Shown here: piece by piece, positions 27,842 to 38,448 of the stretch
Layout: each line of letters begins with the position of its first letter
How positions within the stretch are numbered: position 1 is the stretch's first letter
Assembly: GCA_963821235.1 (NCBI GenBank)
Contig: CAWGCS010000001.1
Coordinates: 46,804 to 110,803, forward strand
DNA: 64,000 nt
Reading direction: 5' to 3'
Source of the DNA: an uncultured Chloroflexia bacterium
GTDB taxonomy: Bacteria > Chloroflexota > Limnocylindria > Limnocylindrales > CSP1-4
Translations under genes and position numbers: made by a program
The notes under the pieces: model-generated
The model's database searches: none
Told to the model about the DNA's origin: nothing
What the model saw: the letters and a program-made list of their open reading frames with translations, nothing else

Positions 27842-29071
27842 ATGGGCCGGATGCTCGCCATCGCGATCAAGGACCTCCGGATCCTGGTGCGCGACTCGGC
27901 TGCCTTCCTCGGCCTCATCGTGGCGCCCCTGGCGCTGAGCCTGGCCCTCGGCGCCGCCTTCGGTGGCGGCGGGACGAGTGGCGTCCCGACCGTGGTGGTC
28001 GACCTCGACGGGGCGGGCGGCGGCCGCTTCGGGCCACTCATCGCGGGCGCGCTCTCGTCCGACCAGCTGTCCTCCCTCATCGGCGTGGAGCGCGCCGACG
28101 ACGCCGCGGCGGCCCGCGCGACGGTCGACGACGGCGGCGCCTCGGTCGCGGTCGTCATCCCGGCGGGCCTGAGCGACCGGGTGATGGCGACGGCGGGCGG
28201 AGCGGCCTCGCTCGTGGAGGTCTACGGCCGGCCCGACCGCGGGATCTCGGCCCAGATCGTGCGTGGCGTCGTCGACGGCGTCCTGGCAGAGCTCGTGGCG
28301 GGCTCGACGGCCGCCCGGGTGACCCTGGCGTCGCTGGTCGAGGGCGGCTACCTGGACCCGGCGGACCTGGCGACCCGCGGAGGCGCGATCGGCGAGGCGG
28401 CCGCCGCCGACGCCCGCGACAGCGCCGCGATCGCCGTGGACGCAGCCACTGGCGAGCCGGTCGAGGCGGGCGTCTCCTTCGGTGACGTCTTCGGTCCGAG
28501 CATGGCCGTGCTGTTCCTGATGTTCGCCACCACCATGGGCGGCCGTCGCATCCTCGACGAGCGAGAGGGAGGGACTCTGTCGCGCCTCCTTGTCACGCCG
28601 ACCACGGCCGTGCAGGTCCTGGGAGGCAAGCTCGCCGGGATCGCCGCCGGCGGGCTCCTCCAGATGACGATCCTCCTGGCGGCCATGACCCTCCTGTTCG
28701 GGCTGGCCTGGTCGTCGCTGCCGGGCGTCGTCCTCCTGACCGTCGCCCTCGTGCTGGCGGCCACGGCGTGGGGGATCCTCATCGCGGCGTGGGCCCGCAC
28801 GGCGGGCCAGGCCGCCACGGCCGGGACGGCCATCACCCTGATCTTCGCGATCGTCGGCGGCAACTTCCTGCCGCGGGCGAGCATGCCGGAGCCGCTGCGC
28901 ACGGCGTCGCTGCTGACCCCGAACGCCTGGGGCATCGACGGCTACGGCGCCCTCCTCTCGGGCGGCACGCTCGACGACGTCGCCCTCGGCGTGGCGGCCC
29001 TCCTCGCGATGACCGCGCTCCTCGGGGGCGTCGCCGCCGTGCTCTTCCGCCGGCGCCAGGTTGGCCGGTGA
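27842..29071 (+). CDS. ABC-2 family transporter permease with a large extracytoplasmic loop
   Basis: The C-terminal 409 aa of ORF 26483..29071. An N-terminal TM, then a loop of about 170 aa, then 5 TM segments. This is the architecture of ABC-2/YhgE-like exporters. Confidence 0.75.
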   Translation: MGRMLAIAIKDLRILVRDSAAFLGLIVAPLALSLALGAAFGGGGTSGVPTVVVDLDGAGGGRFGPLIAGALSSDQLSSLIGVERADDAAAARATVDDGGASVAVVIPAGLSDRVMATAGGAASLVEVYGRPDRGISAQIVRGVVDGVLAELVAGSTAARVTLASLVEGGYLDPADLATRGGAIGEAAAADARDSAAIAVDAATGEPVEAGVSFGDVFGPSMAVLFLMFATTMGGRRILDEREGGTLSRLLVTPTTAVQVLGGKLAGIAAGGLLQMTILLAAMTLLFGLAWSSLPGVVLLTVALVLAATAWGILIAAWARTAGQAATAGTAITLIFAIVGGNFLPRASMPEPLRTASLLTPNAWGIDGYGALLSGGTLDDVALGVAALLAMTALLGGVAAVLFRRRQVGR

Positions 29072-29081
29072 GGGCGTCCCG

Positions 29082-30275
29082 ATGATCGGCCAGGCGCGCC
29101 GGGTCCTCGCCATCGCCGCCAACGACCTGCGGGTGGAGTTCGCCGATCGGGCGATCTGGCTCATGCTCTTCGTCCTGCCGCTCGTCTTCACCGCGATCCT
29201 CGGGGCCGGCCAGGGGGGCGGCACCCCGGGCCTGGCCGTGCTCGACCTGGACCAGTCGCCGACCTCCGGGGCGCTGGTGGCGGCGATCGAGGCCGGCGAG
29301 ACGGTCGACGTGCGGGCCGTCGACGCGGCCGAGGCGGACCGGGCGCTCGCCGCCGGCGAGGTCAAGGGCGTCCTTGAGATCCCGGCCGGCCTCGAGGCGG
29401 CCGTCACCGCCGGGAACGAAGCGGCGGTCCGGCTGCGCACGGGCCCCCGCGACCAGTCGACCCTCATCGTGGAGCAGGCGGTGGCGACGGCGGCCGGGAG
29501 CGTCGGCAGCGCGGGGGCGGCGGCACGGGCCGCGGCGACCCAGGCCGAGGCGATCCGCCCGTTCGCCGACTCGACCGCCCGCCAGGCCTTCGTGGTCGCG
29601 GCCCTCGAGCGCGCCCGCGTGGAGGAGGCCGCGCCCCCGGTGGCGAGCGTCGTCGTGGCGGCGCCGGAGGCGACAGCGATCGCGTCAGGCTTCGGGCAGT
29701 CATCGCCCGGACAGCTCGTGACGTGGGGGCTCATCACCCTCCTCGGGGCGGCCGAGGTCTTCGTCGCCGAGCGGCTGGGCGGGACCCTGCGACGCCTGCT
29801 GGTGACGCCGACGACCCGCCTCGCGATCCTGCTCGGCAAGATGGGCGGGCGCCTGGCCCTCGGCGCGGTCCAGTTCGCCGTCCTGATCGGCGCCGGGGCC
29901 CTCCTCTTCGGGGTCGACTGGGGTCGCTCGCCGGTCGCCCTCCTGGTGGTCCTCAGCGCCTTCGCCGTCATGGCCGTGTCGCTCGGCATCCTGCTCGCCA
30001 CGGTCTCGCGGACGCGCGCTCAGGCGGGCCAGCTGATGATCATCTTCGGGATGCTGCTCTCGGCGATGGGCGGCGCCTGGTTCCCCCTCGAGGTGACGCC
30101 GGCGGGCTTCCAGCAGGCGACCCAGCTCCTTCCCTCGACGTGGGCGATGCGCGGCCTCAACGACGTCGTCCTCCGCGGGGCGGACGTGGCGGCCGTGGCG
30201 CCCTCGGTCGGCGTCCTGCTCGCCTTCGCCGCCGCGTTCCTGCTCCTCGCGGTGCCCCGGCTGCGCTTCGAGTAG
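29082..30275 (+). CDS. ABC-2 family transporter permease with a large extracytoplasmic loop
   Basis: Paralogous architecture to the preceding gene. ATG at 29082, 10 nt after the upstream stop. Confidence 0.75.
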   Translation: MIGQARRVLAIAANDLRVEFADRAIWLMLFVLPLVFTAILGAGQGGGTPGLAVLDLDQSPTSGALVAAIEAGETVDVRAVDAAEADRALAAGEVKGVLEIPAGLEAAVTAGNEAAVRLRTGPRDQSTLIVEQAVATAAGSVGSAGAAARAAATQAEAIRPFADSTARQAFVVAALERARVEEAAPPVASVVVAAPEATAIASGFGQSSPGQLVTWGLITLLGAAEVFVAERLGGTLRRLLVTPTTRLAILLGKMGGRLALGAVQFAVLIGAGALLFGVDWGRSPVALLVVLSAFAVMAVSLGILLATVSRTRAQAGQLMIIFGMLLSAMGGAWFPLEVTPAGFQQATQLLPSTWAMRGLNDVVLRGADVAAVAPSVGVLLAFAAAFLLLAVPRLRFE

Positions 30276-30359
30276 GGCGGGCGGGCGTCTCAGCGCACGA
30301 CGGCGGCTGCCGCGGATCCCCTTGCCCGGCCGGGAGGCGTCGCAGGGCCACGACGTGGC

Positions 30360-30387
30360 GGGGCCCGGGCACGGCGGCCCGGGCCCC
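30360..30387. terminator. perfect GC hairpin (GGGGCCCGGGC-acggcg-GCCCGGGCCCC) between the convergent ABC permease and dnaK genes
   Basis: 11-bp perfect stem read from the sequence. Probably a bidirectional terminator. Confidence 0.4.
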
Positions 30388-30438
30388 GGTCGAGCGCTGC
30401 TCGCGGCCGGGGCGCCGGCGACGGCCCGGCCCGCGCGG

Positions 30439-32379
30439 TCAGACCTCCTTGAACTCGCCCTCGACGGTCTCGTCGTCGGCCGGGGCGCCGTGGGCGTCCG
30501 CGCCCCCGGCCTCCCCGTCGTCGTGGCCGGAACCCTCGCCGCCCTCGCCGGTCGGGCCGGCGGCGCCGGCCGCGGCGTAGGCCGCCGCGCCGACGCGCGA
30601 GAGCAGCTCCGCGAGCTCCGTCGCCCGGGCCTTGACCTGGTCGACCGGCTCGGTCTTGAGGGCGTTCCGGACGTCGGAGACCTTGCCTTCCACCGCGGCC
30701 CGGTCCTCCGCCGAGACCTTGTCGCCGAGGTCCTTGAGGGTCCGCTCGGCCTGGAAGGTGAGGGCCTCGGCCTGGTTGCGGGCCTCGACCTCGTCGCGGC
30801 GCCTGCGGTCCTCGTCGGCGTGCTCGCCCGCCTCGCGGACCATCCGGTCGACGTCCTTCTTGTCGAGCATGGAGGACGCCGTGATGGTGACCTTCTGCTC
30901 CTTGCCGGTGGCCCGGTCCTTGGCCCGGACCTCGACGATCCCGTTGGCGTCGATGTCGAAGGCGACCTCGATCTGGGGCACCCCGCGCGGGGCAGAGGGG
31001 ATCCCGTCGAGGATGAAGCGGCCGAGCGTCTTGTTGTCCGAGGCGAATTCCCGCTCGCCCTGGAGGACGTGGATCTCCACCTGCGGCTGGTTGTCCGAGG
31101 CGGTGGAGAAGACCTGCGACTTGCTCGTCGGGATCGTCGTGTTGCGCTCGATGAGGCGGGTCATGACTCCGCCCAGCGTTTCGATCCCGAGCGACAGCGG
31201 CGTCACGTCGAGGAGGAGGACGTCCTTCACGTCGCCGGCCAGGACGCCGGCCTGGATGGCGGCGCCGACCGCGACCACCTCGTCCGGGTTGACGCCGCGG
31301 TTCGGCTCCTTGCCGCCGAACATCGCCTTGACGGCCTCGATGACGGCCGGCATGCGGGTCATCCCGCCGACGAGCACGACCTCGTCGATCTCGGAGGCGG
31401 CCAGGCCGGCGTCCTTGAGGGCCTGCTTCACCGGTCCCGCGGTCTTCTGGACGAGGTCCCCGACGAGGTCCTCGAGCTTGGCCCGATTGACCGACATGAC
31501 GAGGTGCTTGGGCCCCGACGCGTCGGCGGTGATGTAGGGCAGGTTGATCTCGGTCGACATGGCCGACGAGAGCTCGATCTTTGCCTTCTCGGCCGCCTCC
31601 TTGACGCGGGAGAGGGCCTGGGGGTCGCCGCGGAGGTCGAGGCCCTGGTCCTTCTTGAACTCGGCCAGCAGCCAGTCCATGACCCGGATGTCGAAGTCGT
31701 CGCCGCCGAGGTGCGTGTCGCCGTTGGTCGACTTGACCTCGAAGACGCCCTCGCCGAGCTCGAGGATCGAGATGTCGAAGGTGCCGCCGCCCAGGTCGTA
31801 GACGGCGATCTTCTCGTCGTGCTTCTTGTCCAGGCCGTAGGCCAACGACGAGGCGGTGGGCTCGTTGATGATCCGCTTGACGTCGAGGCCGGCGATCCGG
31901 CCGGCGTCCTTCGTCGCCTGGCGCTGGGTGTCGTCGAAGTAGGCCGGGACGGTGATCACCGCGTCCGTGACCTTCTCGCCGAGGTAGGCCTCCGCGTCGG
32001 CCTTCAGCTTCTGGAGGATCATCGCCGAGATCTCCGGCGGGGTGTAGCTGCGGCCCTCGCCCAGGACCACCTTGATCCCGTCGGACTTGGCGTCCTTCTC
32101 GACCGTGTAGGGGACGAGGTCGCGGCTGTGCCGCACCTCCGGGTCGTCCCAGCGGCGGCCCATGAAGCGCTTGATCGAGTAGACGGTGTTGGCCGGGTTG
32201 GTGACGGCCTGGCGCTTCGCCAGCTGGCCGACCAGCCGCTCCCCGGTCTTGGTGAAGGCGACGACGGACGGGACGGTCCGCCCGCCCTCGGCCGAGGCGA
32301 TGACGGTGGGCTCGCCGCCCTCCATGACGGCGACGACCGAGTTCGTCGTGCCGAGGTCGATGCCGATGATCTTGCCCAT
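30439..32379 (-). CDS. dnaK: molecular chaperone DnaK (Hsp70)
   Basis: [18 protein letters not shown] and full-length Hsp70 similarity. 646 aa. Confidence 0.95.
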   Translation of the reverse strand: MGKIIGIDLGTTNSVVAVMEGGEPTVIASAEGGRTVPSVVAFTKTGERLVGQLAKRQAVTNPANTVYSIKRFMGRRWDDPEVRHSRDLVPYTVEKDAKSDGIKVVLGEGRSYTPPEISAMILQKLKADAEAYLGEKVTDAVITVPAYFDDTQRQATKDAGRIAGLDVKRIINEPTASSLAYGLDKKHDEKIAVYDLGGGTFDISILELGEGVFEVKSTNGDTHLGGDDFDIRVMDWLLAEFKKDQGLDLRGDPQALSRVKEAAEKAKIELSSAMSTEINLPYITADASGPKHLVMSVNRAKLEDLVGDLVQKTAGPVKQALKDAGLAASEIDEVVLVGGMTRMPAVIEAVKAMFGGKEPNRGVNPDEVVAVGAAIQAGVLAGDVKDVLLLDVTPLSLGIETLGGVMTRLIERNTTIPTSKSQVFSTASDNQPQVEIHVLQGEREFASDNKTLGRFILDGIPSAPRGVPQIEVAFDIDANGIVEVRAKDRATGKEQKVTITASSMLDKKDVDRMVREAGEHADEDRRRRDEVEARNQAEALTFQAERTLKDLGDKVSAEDRAAVEGKVSDVRNALKTEPVDQVKARATELAELLSRVGAAAYAAAGAAGPTGEGGEGSGHDDGEAGGADAHGAPADDETVEGEFKEV

Positions 32380-32441
32380 GTGGTCGATGTGCTCCTCTAG
32401 GTCGGCCTTCGCGTCGGGTCTGGATGGGTGGAAGCGTGTCG

Positions 32442-33062
32442 TCAGTTGGGCCGGTCGACCGGGCCGCCCGTCCCGTCGCTGACCGCGACGAGCGCCGGCC
32501 GGAGGACGCGATCCCGGATCAGGTAGCCGCGCCGGATCTCCGCCACGACCTCCCCTTCCGGCCGTGCGCTGCCGGCGACGTGGCTCAGAGCCTCGTGGAT
32601 CGCCGGGTCGAAGGGCCGCCCCAGCGACTCGATCGGGGTCACGCCCTCGCTGTCGAGGAGGGCCCGGAGCTTGCGGTCGATGGCCGCGATCCCCTCCAGC
32701 CAGGGGGTCGCGCGCGCATCCGCGGGGACGTGCTCGATGGCGAGGTCGAAGTCGTCCGCGAGGGCGACCACCTTGGCCAGGAGCGACGCGTTGGCCAGCC
32801 CGAGCTGCGCCTCGCGCTCCTCCGCCGTGCGGCGCTTGAGGTTCGCGTAGTCGGCGGCCGCCCGCTGGGCCATCGCCAGGTGCTCGTCGGCCCGGGCGAG
32901 CGCGGCCTCGCGCTCGGCGGTGAGGGCCTCGACCTGGGCGAGGAGCGCGGTCGGGCTCGTCTCGAGCTCGGCGATCCGTTCCTCGGCGCGGGTTCGGCGG
33001 TGCGACGCCGGCCCGGGGGATCCGGGCTGCGGCTGGTTCGGCTGCTGCGGCTGGTTCGGCAT
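32442..33062 (-). CDS. grpE: nucleotide exchange factor GrpE
   Basis: N-terminal coiled-coil, then the GrpE core ([15 protein letters not shown]). Confidence 0.85.
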   Translation of the reverse strand: MPNQPQQPNQPQPGSPGPASHRRTRAEERIAELETSPTALLAQVEALTAEREAALARADEHLAMAQRAAADYANLKRRTAEEREAQLGLANASLLAKVVALADDFDLAIEHVPADARATPWLEGIAAIDRKLRALLDSEGVTPIESLGRPFDPAIHEALSHVAGSARPEGEVVAEIRRGYLIRDRVLRPALVAVSDGTGGPVDRPN

Positions 33063-33078
33063 GCGGTGTCCCCGTTGG

Positions 33079-34152
33079 TCAGGCGTAGAGGTGGTCGACG
33101 AGATCGTTCATGAGCCCCGAGACGAAGCGGACGGTCCCGATCGCCTGGTGGTAGCGCAGGCGCGTCGGTCCCAGCACGCCGACGACGCCGACCGCCGCCC
33201 CGGGACGCCCGTAGGGCGCCAGGACGAGGGCGACGTCGGCCATCTCGGCCGGCCGGTTCTCGCGGCCGATGAAGACGCGTAGCTCGCCGGCGCGGGTCAC
33301 GTCCTCGATCAGCTCGCCGAGGTACTGGCGGTTCTCGAGGACGGCGAAGACGCGCCGCAGCTTCTCCGAGGCGGCAAACTCCGGCTCCTCCATCACGTGG
33401 AGCAGCCCGTCGCTGAAGAGCTGCTCGACCGTCGCGGCGTCGAATTCGCGGAGGATGCGCAGGGCACGCTCGCCGGCCCGCCGGACGAGGGTGAAGACCG
33501 GATCGTCGGCCGGGGCGTCCTCGAACCAGCGCAGGCGCTCGGCGAGGTCGGCCGCGGTGAGGCCGACGCAGCTGCGGTTGAGCCGCTGGGCGGCCTCGGC
33601 CAGCTCGTCCTCGCTCGTGCCCGGGTCGATGGTGAGCAGCGCCTGCTTCAGCGACCCCTCGTTGAGGACGACGATGAGGCTGGCCATCCGCTCGCCGATC
33701 CCCAGCAGCTCAAGGCGCCGGATGCGGACCGCGCGCGGCTTGGCCGGCGTGGCGAGGCCGGCCGAGTGCGTCGAGGAGGCCAGGGTGGTCGCCGCCAGCC
33801 GGAACCACTGGTCGCTGGCGAACTCCACCTGCCCGAACTGGTGGCGGATCATCAGCTGCTCGATCTGGGGCAGGGGGAACTCCCCCACCAGGGACTCCAC
33901 GTAGAAGCGGTAGCCGACGTCCGTCGGGACCCGGCCGGCGGAGGTGTGGGGATGCCCCAGGTAGCCCTCCGTCTCGAGGTCGGCCAGGATGTTCCGGACG
34001 GTGGCCGAGCTGACGCCCATCGGGTGCCGCTCCACCAGCGTGTGCGACCCGACCGGGACGACGCTCTCCACGTACTCGTCGATGACGGCCCGCAGGATCG
34101 CCTGCGCCCGGGCGTCGAGCGGACCGCTGCTGCGGCGGACTCCTCGCACCAC
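33079..34152 (-). CDS. hrcA: heat-inducible transcription repressor HrcA
   Basis: AILRAVIDEYV...VGSHTL wHTH plus the HrcA C-terminal domain. Start set at the GTG at 34152 (AGAGGAG 7 nt upstream), because the listed ATG at 34215 would overlap CIRCE. Confidence 0.85.
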   Translation of the reverse strand: MVRGVRRSSGPLDARAQAILRAVIDEYVESVVPVGSHTLVERHPMGVSSATVRNILADLETEGYLGHPHTSAGRVPTDVGYRFYVESLVGEFPLPQIEQLMIRHQFGQVEFASDQWFRLAATTLASSTHSAGLATPAKPRAVRIRRLELLGIGERMASLIVVLNEGSLKQALLTIDPGTSEDELAEAAQRLNRSCVGLTAADLAERLRWFEDAPADDPVFTLVRRAGERALRILREFDAATVEQLFSDGLLHVMEEPEFAASEKLRRVFAVLENRQYLGELIEDVTRAGELRVFIGRENRPAEMADVALVLAPYGRPGAAVGVVGVLGPTRLRYHQAIGTVRFVSGLMNDLVDHLYA

Positions 34153-34201
34153 GGCACGGCTCCTCTGCGGGCGATCCGGCGCTCGGACCGCCTGCGCTGC
34201 G

Positions 34202-34228
34202 TTAGCACTCACCAATCAAGAGTGCTAG
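34202..34228. promoter_or_regulatory. CIRCE operator (TTAGCACTC-N9-GAGTGCTAG)
   Basis: Exact match to the CIRCE consensus except for the last base. About 50 bp upstream of the hrcA start. Confidence 0.85.
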
Positions 34229-34242
34229 TGGAAACGCCCGAA

Positions 34243-34271
34243 TCCTAGCAGTCTCACGTGTCGAGTGTCAA
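34243..34271 (-). promoter_or_regulatory. putative sigma-70-type promoter of the hrcA-grpE-dnaK operon (TTGACA, 17-nt spacer, TAGGAT)
   Basis: -35 and -10 hexamers read on the minus strand, immediately upstream of CIRCE. Confidence 0.45.
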
Positions 34272-34436
34272 CGGACGCGGCGGTGGGCGCGAGGGGCGCC
34301 TGGCCCGGTTGGATGCCGTCCCGACGCCCGCCGCCAGCGTGGTCGGCGCCAGCTGCCTGGGGCGATCGGCAGAGGATCCGCAGGCGATGAACGTGCCAAC
34401 CGTCGGCCGGCGCGCCGCGCGTCCCGGGGATCGCCC

Positions 34437-35705
34437 CTAGACCAGGCGGGCGAAGAGCTCGTTCGAGAGGAGGCGGCCGCGGAGCGTGAGCCGCACCCGA
34501 TCATCGGGCGCGTCCTCGACCAGGCCCATCTCCGCCGCCCAGGTGAAGGCCTCTGCACGAGCGAGGGCGGCCTCGCGGCCGACCCCGCGGGCCGTCCGCA
34601 GGCCCAGGATGAGCTCCTCGACCTCGGCCGTGGCGGCGTCGAGCGTCTCCGCTCCGCCGGGTGGCGGCGCCGACGGCCCGCCGTCGGCGGGGACGAGGGC
34701 GGCGAGCCACGCGTCGAGGCGGGCGGCGTTCCAGCGCCGGACGACGCCGTCGAAGGCGTGCGCTCCGGGCCCGACCGCCTCGTACGGGAGGCGGACCCAG
34801 TAGGCGAGGTTGTGACGGCTCTCGGCGCCGGGTCGTGCCCAGTTCGACAGCTCGTACCAGGGCATCCCCGCCCCCTCGAACGCCGCATCGGCCAGGGCGT
34901 AGGCGGCCGCCGCCCGGTCCTCGTCCTGGCCACGCCGGGCCCGGTCCCGCCAGCGACGGGCCCCTGGCGTCGTCGGGAGGTGATCGCCCGAAGGACCCGT
35001 GAGGCCCTCCGCGTCCGGGTCGTCGAGACTCAGGGCATAGCAGGAGACGTGGTCGGGGACGAGGTCGAGCGCGCCCTCCACGGTCGTCGCCCAGGTCGCC
35101 AGCCGCTGGCCGGGGACGTCGTAGAGGAGGTCGAGGCTCACCTGTCGGATGCCGCCGTCGCGTGCCGCCGCGACCGCCTCGGCCACGTCCGCCGCGCGGT
35201 GGCGGCGGCCCAGGACCCGCAGCTCCCCGTCATCGAGGCTCTGGGCCCCGAGCGAGATCCGGGTGACCCCGGCGCGGGCGAAGCCGGCGAGGTCGCCGCG
35301 ATCGTCGGGTCCCGGGTTCGCCTCCACGGTGACCTCCGCGTCCGCCGCCAGGCCGAAGCGGCCGCGGACGACGGCGACCAGCTCGTGGACCGCGCTCGCC
35401 GGCAGGAGAGAGGGCGTCCCTCCACCGAGGTACAGGGTGGCGAGCGGCAGCCGCCCGGGCGACCCGGGCGGCCCGAAGGCCGCGTCGAGGCCGTCGGCGC
35501 GCAGGTCGAGCTCGCGGCGGAGGGCGTCGACGAAGGCCCCCACCCGGCTCCGGCGGCCCACCGCATCCGCGCCGGCATACACGACGAAGTCGCAGTACGG
35601 GCAGAGCGACCGGCAGAACGGGACGTGGGCGTAGAGCGCGGCGGGCGGGCGGGCGGGGCCGCCCCACAGCCCGGGCGCTGGGTCCGCTCCGCCGTCGGGG
35701 GTCAT
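34437..35705 (-). CDS. hemW: radical-SAM heme chaperone HemW (HemN-like, oxygen-independent coproporphyrinogen oxidase family)
   Basis: YAHVPFCRSLCPYCDF radical-SAM motif and a HemN C-terminal domain. Start at MTPDGG (about 35705). Lies between lepA and hrcA as in B. subtilis. Confidence 0.8.
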   Translation of the reverse strand: MTPDGGADPAPGLWGGPARPPAALYAHVPFCRSLCPYCDFVVYAGADAVGRRSRVGAFVDALRRELDLRADGLDAAFGPPGSPGRLPLATLYLGGGTPSLLPASAVHELVAVVRGRFGLAADAEVTVEANPGPDDRGDLAGFARAGVTRISLGAQSLDDGELRVLGRRHRAADVAEAVAAARDGGIRQVSLDLLYDVPGQRLATWATTVEGALDLVPDHVSCYALSLDDPDAEGLTGPSGDHLPTTPGARRWRDRARRGQDEDRAAAAYALADAAFEGAGMPWYELSNWARPGAESRHNLAYWVRLPYEAVGPGAHAFDGVVRRWNAARLDAWLAALVPADGGPSAPPPGGAETLDAATAEVEELILGLRTARGVGREAALARAEAFTWAAEMGLVEDAPDDRVRLTLRGRLLSNELFARLV

Positions 35706-36475
35706 CGCCGGCTCGCGGTCCCGTCGTCCGGTCGGTCGAGGGCCTGCCAGCCGGCCGGCGACGTGCGGTACTCCCACGACTCCTCGATCTCCTGGCCGCG
35801 AAGGGCGGGCGCGCCGGCGTGCCCGGTGCAGACGAAGACCGCCACGCGCGTCACCGCATGGGCCAGGAACGCCCCGCCGACCGCCCCGGTGAGGACGGTG
35901 ATCCACCCCGCGACCAGGCCCCCGACGAGGGTGAGCAGGAACATGTAGCGGCCGCGACCGGGAGCGCCGGTCCGCGTCGCCAGGGTGTAGAGGAACGCCT
36001 GGACGATCACCGCGGTGCCCGGGTTCAGGCCGGTCAGCAGGAGGAGGCCGAGGACCGCGCCGCGGAAGGTGACCTCATCGAGGAACGCCGTCCCGATCCC
36101 GTTGAAGACCGCACCCGGGTAGGTCCACGCCGGCGGGTAGCGGATCCGGCCGTAGCGAAACATGGCATAGGCCGCCGCCTGGGCCGTCCCGAGGACTCCG
36201 AAGCCGAAGCCGAAGAGGAGGGCCTGGCCGCGGTCGCCCAGCGACAGCCCCAGCTCGCCCGCCGGATCGGGATGGACGACGAGGAGCGCGGCGATGAGGA
36301 CGAAGCCGAGGACGACCCAGCTCAGGCGGGCGAGGAGCGAACCGCGGCGGCCGTCGCGCGTCGGCTCGTCGTACTCGGCGGCCCCGAACTTCTCGGCCTC
36401 CAGCCGCAGGATCACGAGGAAGAAGGCGACGGCGAGGGCGACGAGAGTGCGGATCGGGTCGATCCACTCCTCCAC
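35702..36475 (-). CDS. polytopic membrane protein, possibly CPBP-family intramembrane protease-like
   Basis: The C-terminal 258 aa of listed ORF 35702..38401 are hydrophobic (about 7 TM) with a DEVTFR (EExxxR-like) motif and FLAH. GTG start 3 nt after the lepA stop. The rest of that listed ORF is an out-of-frame overlap with lepA. Confidence 0.5.
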   Translation of the reverse strand: MEEWIDPIRTLVALAVAFFLVILRLEAEKFGAAEYDEPTRDGRRGSLLARLSWVVLGFVLIAALLVVHPDPAGELGLSLGDRGQALLFGFGFGVLGTAQAAAYAMFRYGRIRYPPAWTYPGAVFNGIGTAFLDEVTFRGAVLGLLLLTGLNPGTAVIVQAFLYTLATRTGAPGRGRYMFLLTLVGGLVAGWITVLTGAVGGAFLAHAVTRVAVFVCTGHAGAPALRGQEIEESWEYRTSPAGWQALDRPDDGTASRR

Positions 36476-36477
36476 GG

Positions 36478-38292
36478 TCAGGCTTCCTCGCCCATCTTGA
36501 GGACGGCCAGGAACGCCTCCTGGGGGATCTCCACGGAGCCCACGCGCTTCATCCGCTGCTTGCCCTCTTTCTGCTTCTCGAGCAGCTTGCGCTTGCGGGT
36601 GATGTCGCCACCGTAGCACTTGGCGAGGACGTTCTTGCGCATCGCCCGGATGGTCTCGCGGGCGATGACGTTCGAGCCGATGGCGGCCTGGATCGGGACC
36701 TCGAACATCTGGCGGGGGATCAGCTCCTTGAGCTTGGCCGCCAGCGCCCGTCCGACGGCGGGCGCCTTGTCGCGGTGGACGATCATCGACAGGGCGTCGA
36801 CCGGCTCGCCGTTGACGAGGACGTCGAGCTTGACGAGGCGAGCCTCGCGGTAGCCGGCCTCCTCGTAGTCCATCGAGGCGTAGCCCTGGCTGCGGCTCTT
36901 GAGCTGGTCGAAGTAGTCCACGATCAGCTCCGCCAGCGGCATCTCGAAGGACAGGAGGACCCGCTGGGGATCCAGGTACTCCATCGTCCGGAACGTGCCG
37001 CGACGATTCGTCGAGAGCTCCATGAGGGAGCCGATGTAGGTCGACGGGGTGATGACCGAGAGGGTGACCCAGGGCTCCTCGATCGCCTCGATGTCGCCCG
37101 CCGGGGGCATCAGGGCGGGGTTGTCGACCACGATCGTCCCCTTGCCGTTGAGGGGCGTGACCCGGTATTCCACCGACGGTGCCGAGGCGATCAGATCGAG
37201 GCCGAACTCCCGCTCCAGCCGCTCCTGGACGATCTCCATGTGGAGGAGGCCGAGGAAGCCGCAGCGGAAGCCGAACCCGAGGGCGATCGAGCTCTCCGGC
37301 TCGAAGGTGAAGCTGGCGTCGTTGAGGTGGAGCTTCTCCATCGCGTCGCGCAGGAGCGGGTAGTCCTCGCCGGAGATCGGGTAGATCCCGGCGAAAACGA
37401 GGCTCTTGGCGGCCTGGTAGCCCGGCAACGGCGCGGTGGCCGGGTTGGCCGCGTTGGTGACCGTGTCGCCGACCTGCGCGTCGCGGACGCTCTTGAGGCC
37501 GGTCGCGATGTAGCCGACCTCGCCCGCGGTCAGCTGCTTGACCGGCACGAGCTGGGGCCGGAAGACACCGAGCTCGAGGATCTCCGCCTCCGCCCCGGAG
37601 CCCATGAGGCGGATCCGCTCGTGGTCGTGAAGCGTCCCCGCGGCCAGCCGGACGTAGGTCACGACGCCCTTGTACTGGTCGTAGTGGGAATCGAAGACCA
37701 GGGCCCGCAGCGGCTCCGTCGGACGTCCCTTGGGGGGCGGCACCCGGGCCACGATCGCCTCGAGGATCTCGCCGATCCCGATCCCCTCCTTGGCCGAGGC
37801 CAGGATCACCTCCTCGCGGGGGATCGCCAGGACGTTCTCCAGCTCCTCGATGACCAGGTCCGGCTGGGCGGACGGGAGGTCGATCTTGTTGACGACCGGG
37901 ATGATCACCAGGTTCTGGCGCAGGGCCAGGTGGACGTTGGCGAGCGTCTGGGCCTCGATCCCCTGGGCGGCGTCGACGACCAGGATGGCCCCCTCGCAGG
38001 CCTGCAGGCTGTGGCTGACCTCGTAGCTGAAGTCGACGTGGCCCGGCGTGTCGATGAGGTTGAGGCCGTAGAGGAGGCCGTCCTGCGCCGTGTGCTCCAG
38101 GCGGACGGCCCGCGCCTTGATCGTGATCCCCTTCTCCCGCTCGAGGTCCATCGAGTCGAGGACCTGGCTCGTCATCTGGCGGGGATCGATCGTGTGGGTG
38201 AACTCCAGGAGGCGGTCCGCGAGCGTCGACTTCCCGTGATCGATGTGGGCGATGATCGAGAAGTTGCGGAGGCGCTCCTGGGGGATGATCAC
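36478..38292 (-). CDS. lepA: elongation factor 4 (LepA)
   Basis: [23 protein letters not shown] and NKID G-motifs plus a LepA C-terminal domain. GTG start at 38292. The listed ORF 36478..39498 runs about 400 codons too far upstream. Confidence 0.9.
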   Translation of the reverse strand: MIIPQERLRNFSIIAHIDHGKSTLADRLLEFTHTIDPRQMTSQVLDSMDLEREKGITIKARAVRLEHTAQDGLLYGLNLIDTPGHVDFSYEVSHSLQACEGAILVVDAAQGIEAQTLANVHLALRQNLVIIPVVNKIDLPSAQPDLVIEELENVLAIPREEVILASAKEGIGIGEILEAIVARVPPPKGRPTEPLRALVFDSHYDQYKGVVTYVRLAAGTLHDHERIRLMGSGAEAEILELGVFRPQLVPVKQLTAGEVGYIATGLKSVRDAQVGDTVTNAANPATAPLPGYQAAKSLVFAGIYPISGEDYPLLRDAMEKLHLNDASFTFEPESSIALGFGFRCGFLGLLHMEIVQERLEREFGLDLIASAPSVEYRVTPLNGKGTIVVDNPALMPPAGDIEAIEEPWVTLSVITPSTYIGSLMELSTNRRGTFRTMEYLDPQRVLLSFEMPLAELIVDYFDQLKSRSQGYASMDYEEAGYREARLVKLDVLVNGEPVDALSMIVHRDKAPAVGRALAAKLKELIPRQMFEVPIQAAIGSNVIARETIRAMRKNVLAKCYGGDITRKRKLLEKQKEGKQRMKRVGSVEIPQEAFLAVLKMGEEA

Positions 38293-38448
38293 GAGGCCGG
38301 AGTGTAGCGGACGACGAGGGGCCGGTCCGGCGGTCCGATCTGCTACCATTCGCGGTCGCGCCGTCGCGGTGTCCTCTCCCGCTGCGCCGCACCGATCCCA
38401 CCCGTCGAACCGTCCACCCCTCGAACTACCTAGAGGACCGACAGAACC

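Noticed and set aside
36476-38401. N-terminal ~640 codons of listed ORF 35702..38401
   Set aside because: Out-of-frame overlap with lepA, which is unambiguous. Only the C-terminal hydrophobic 258 codons are kept.
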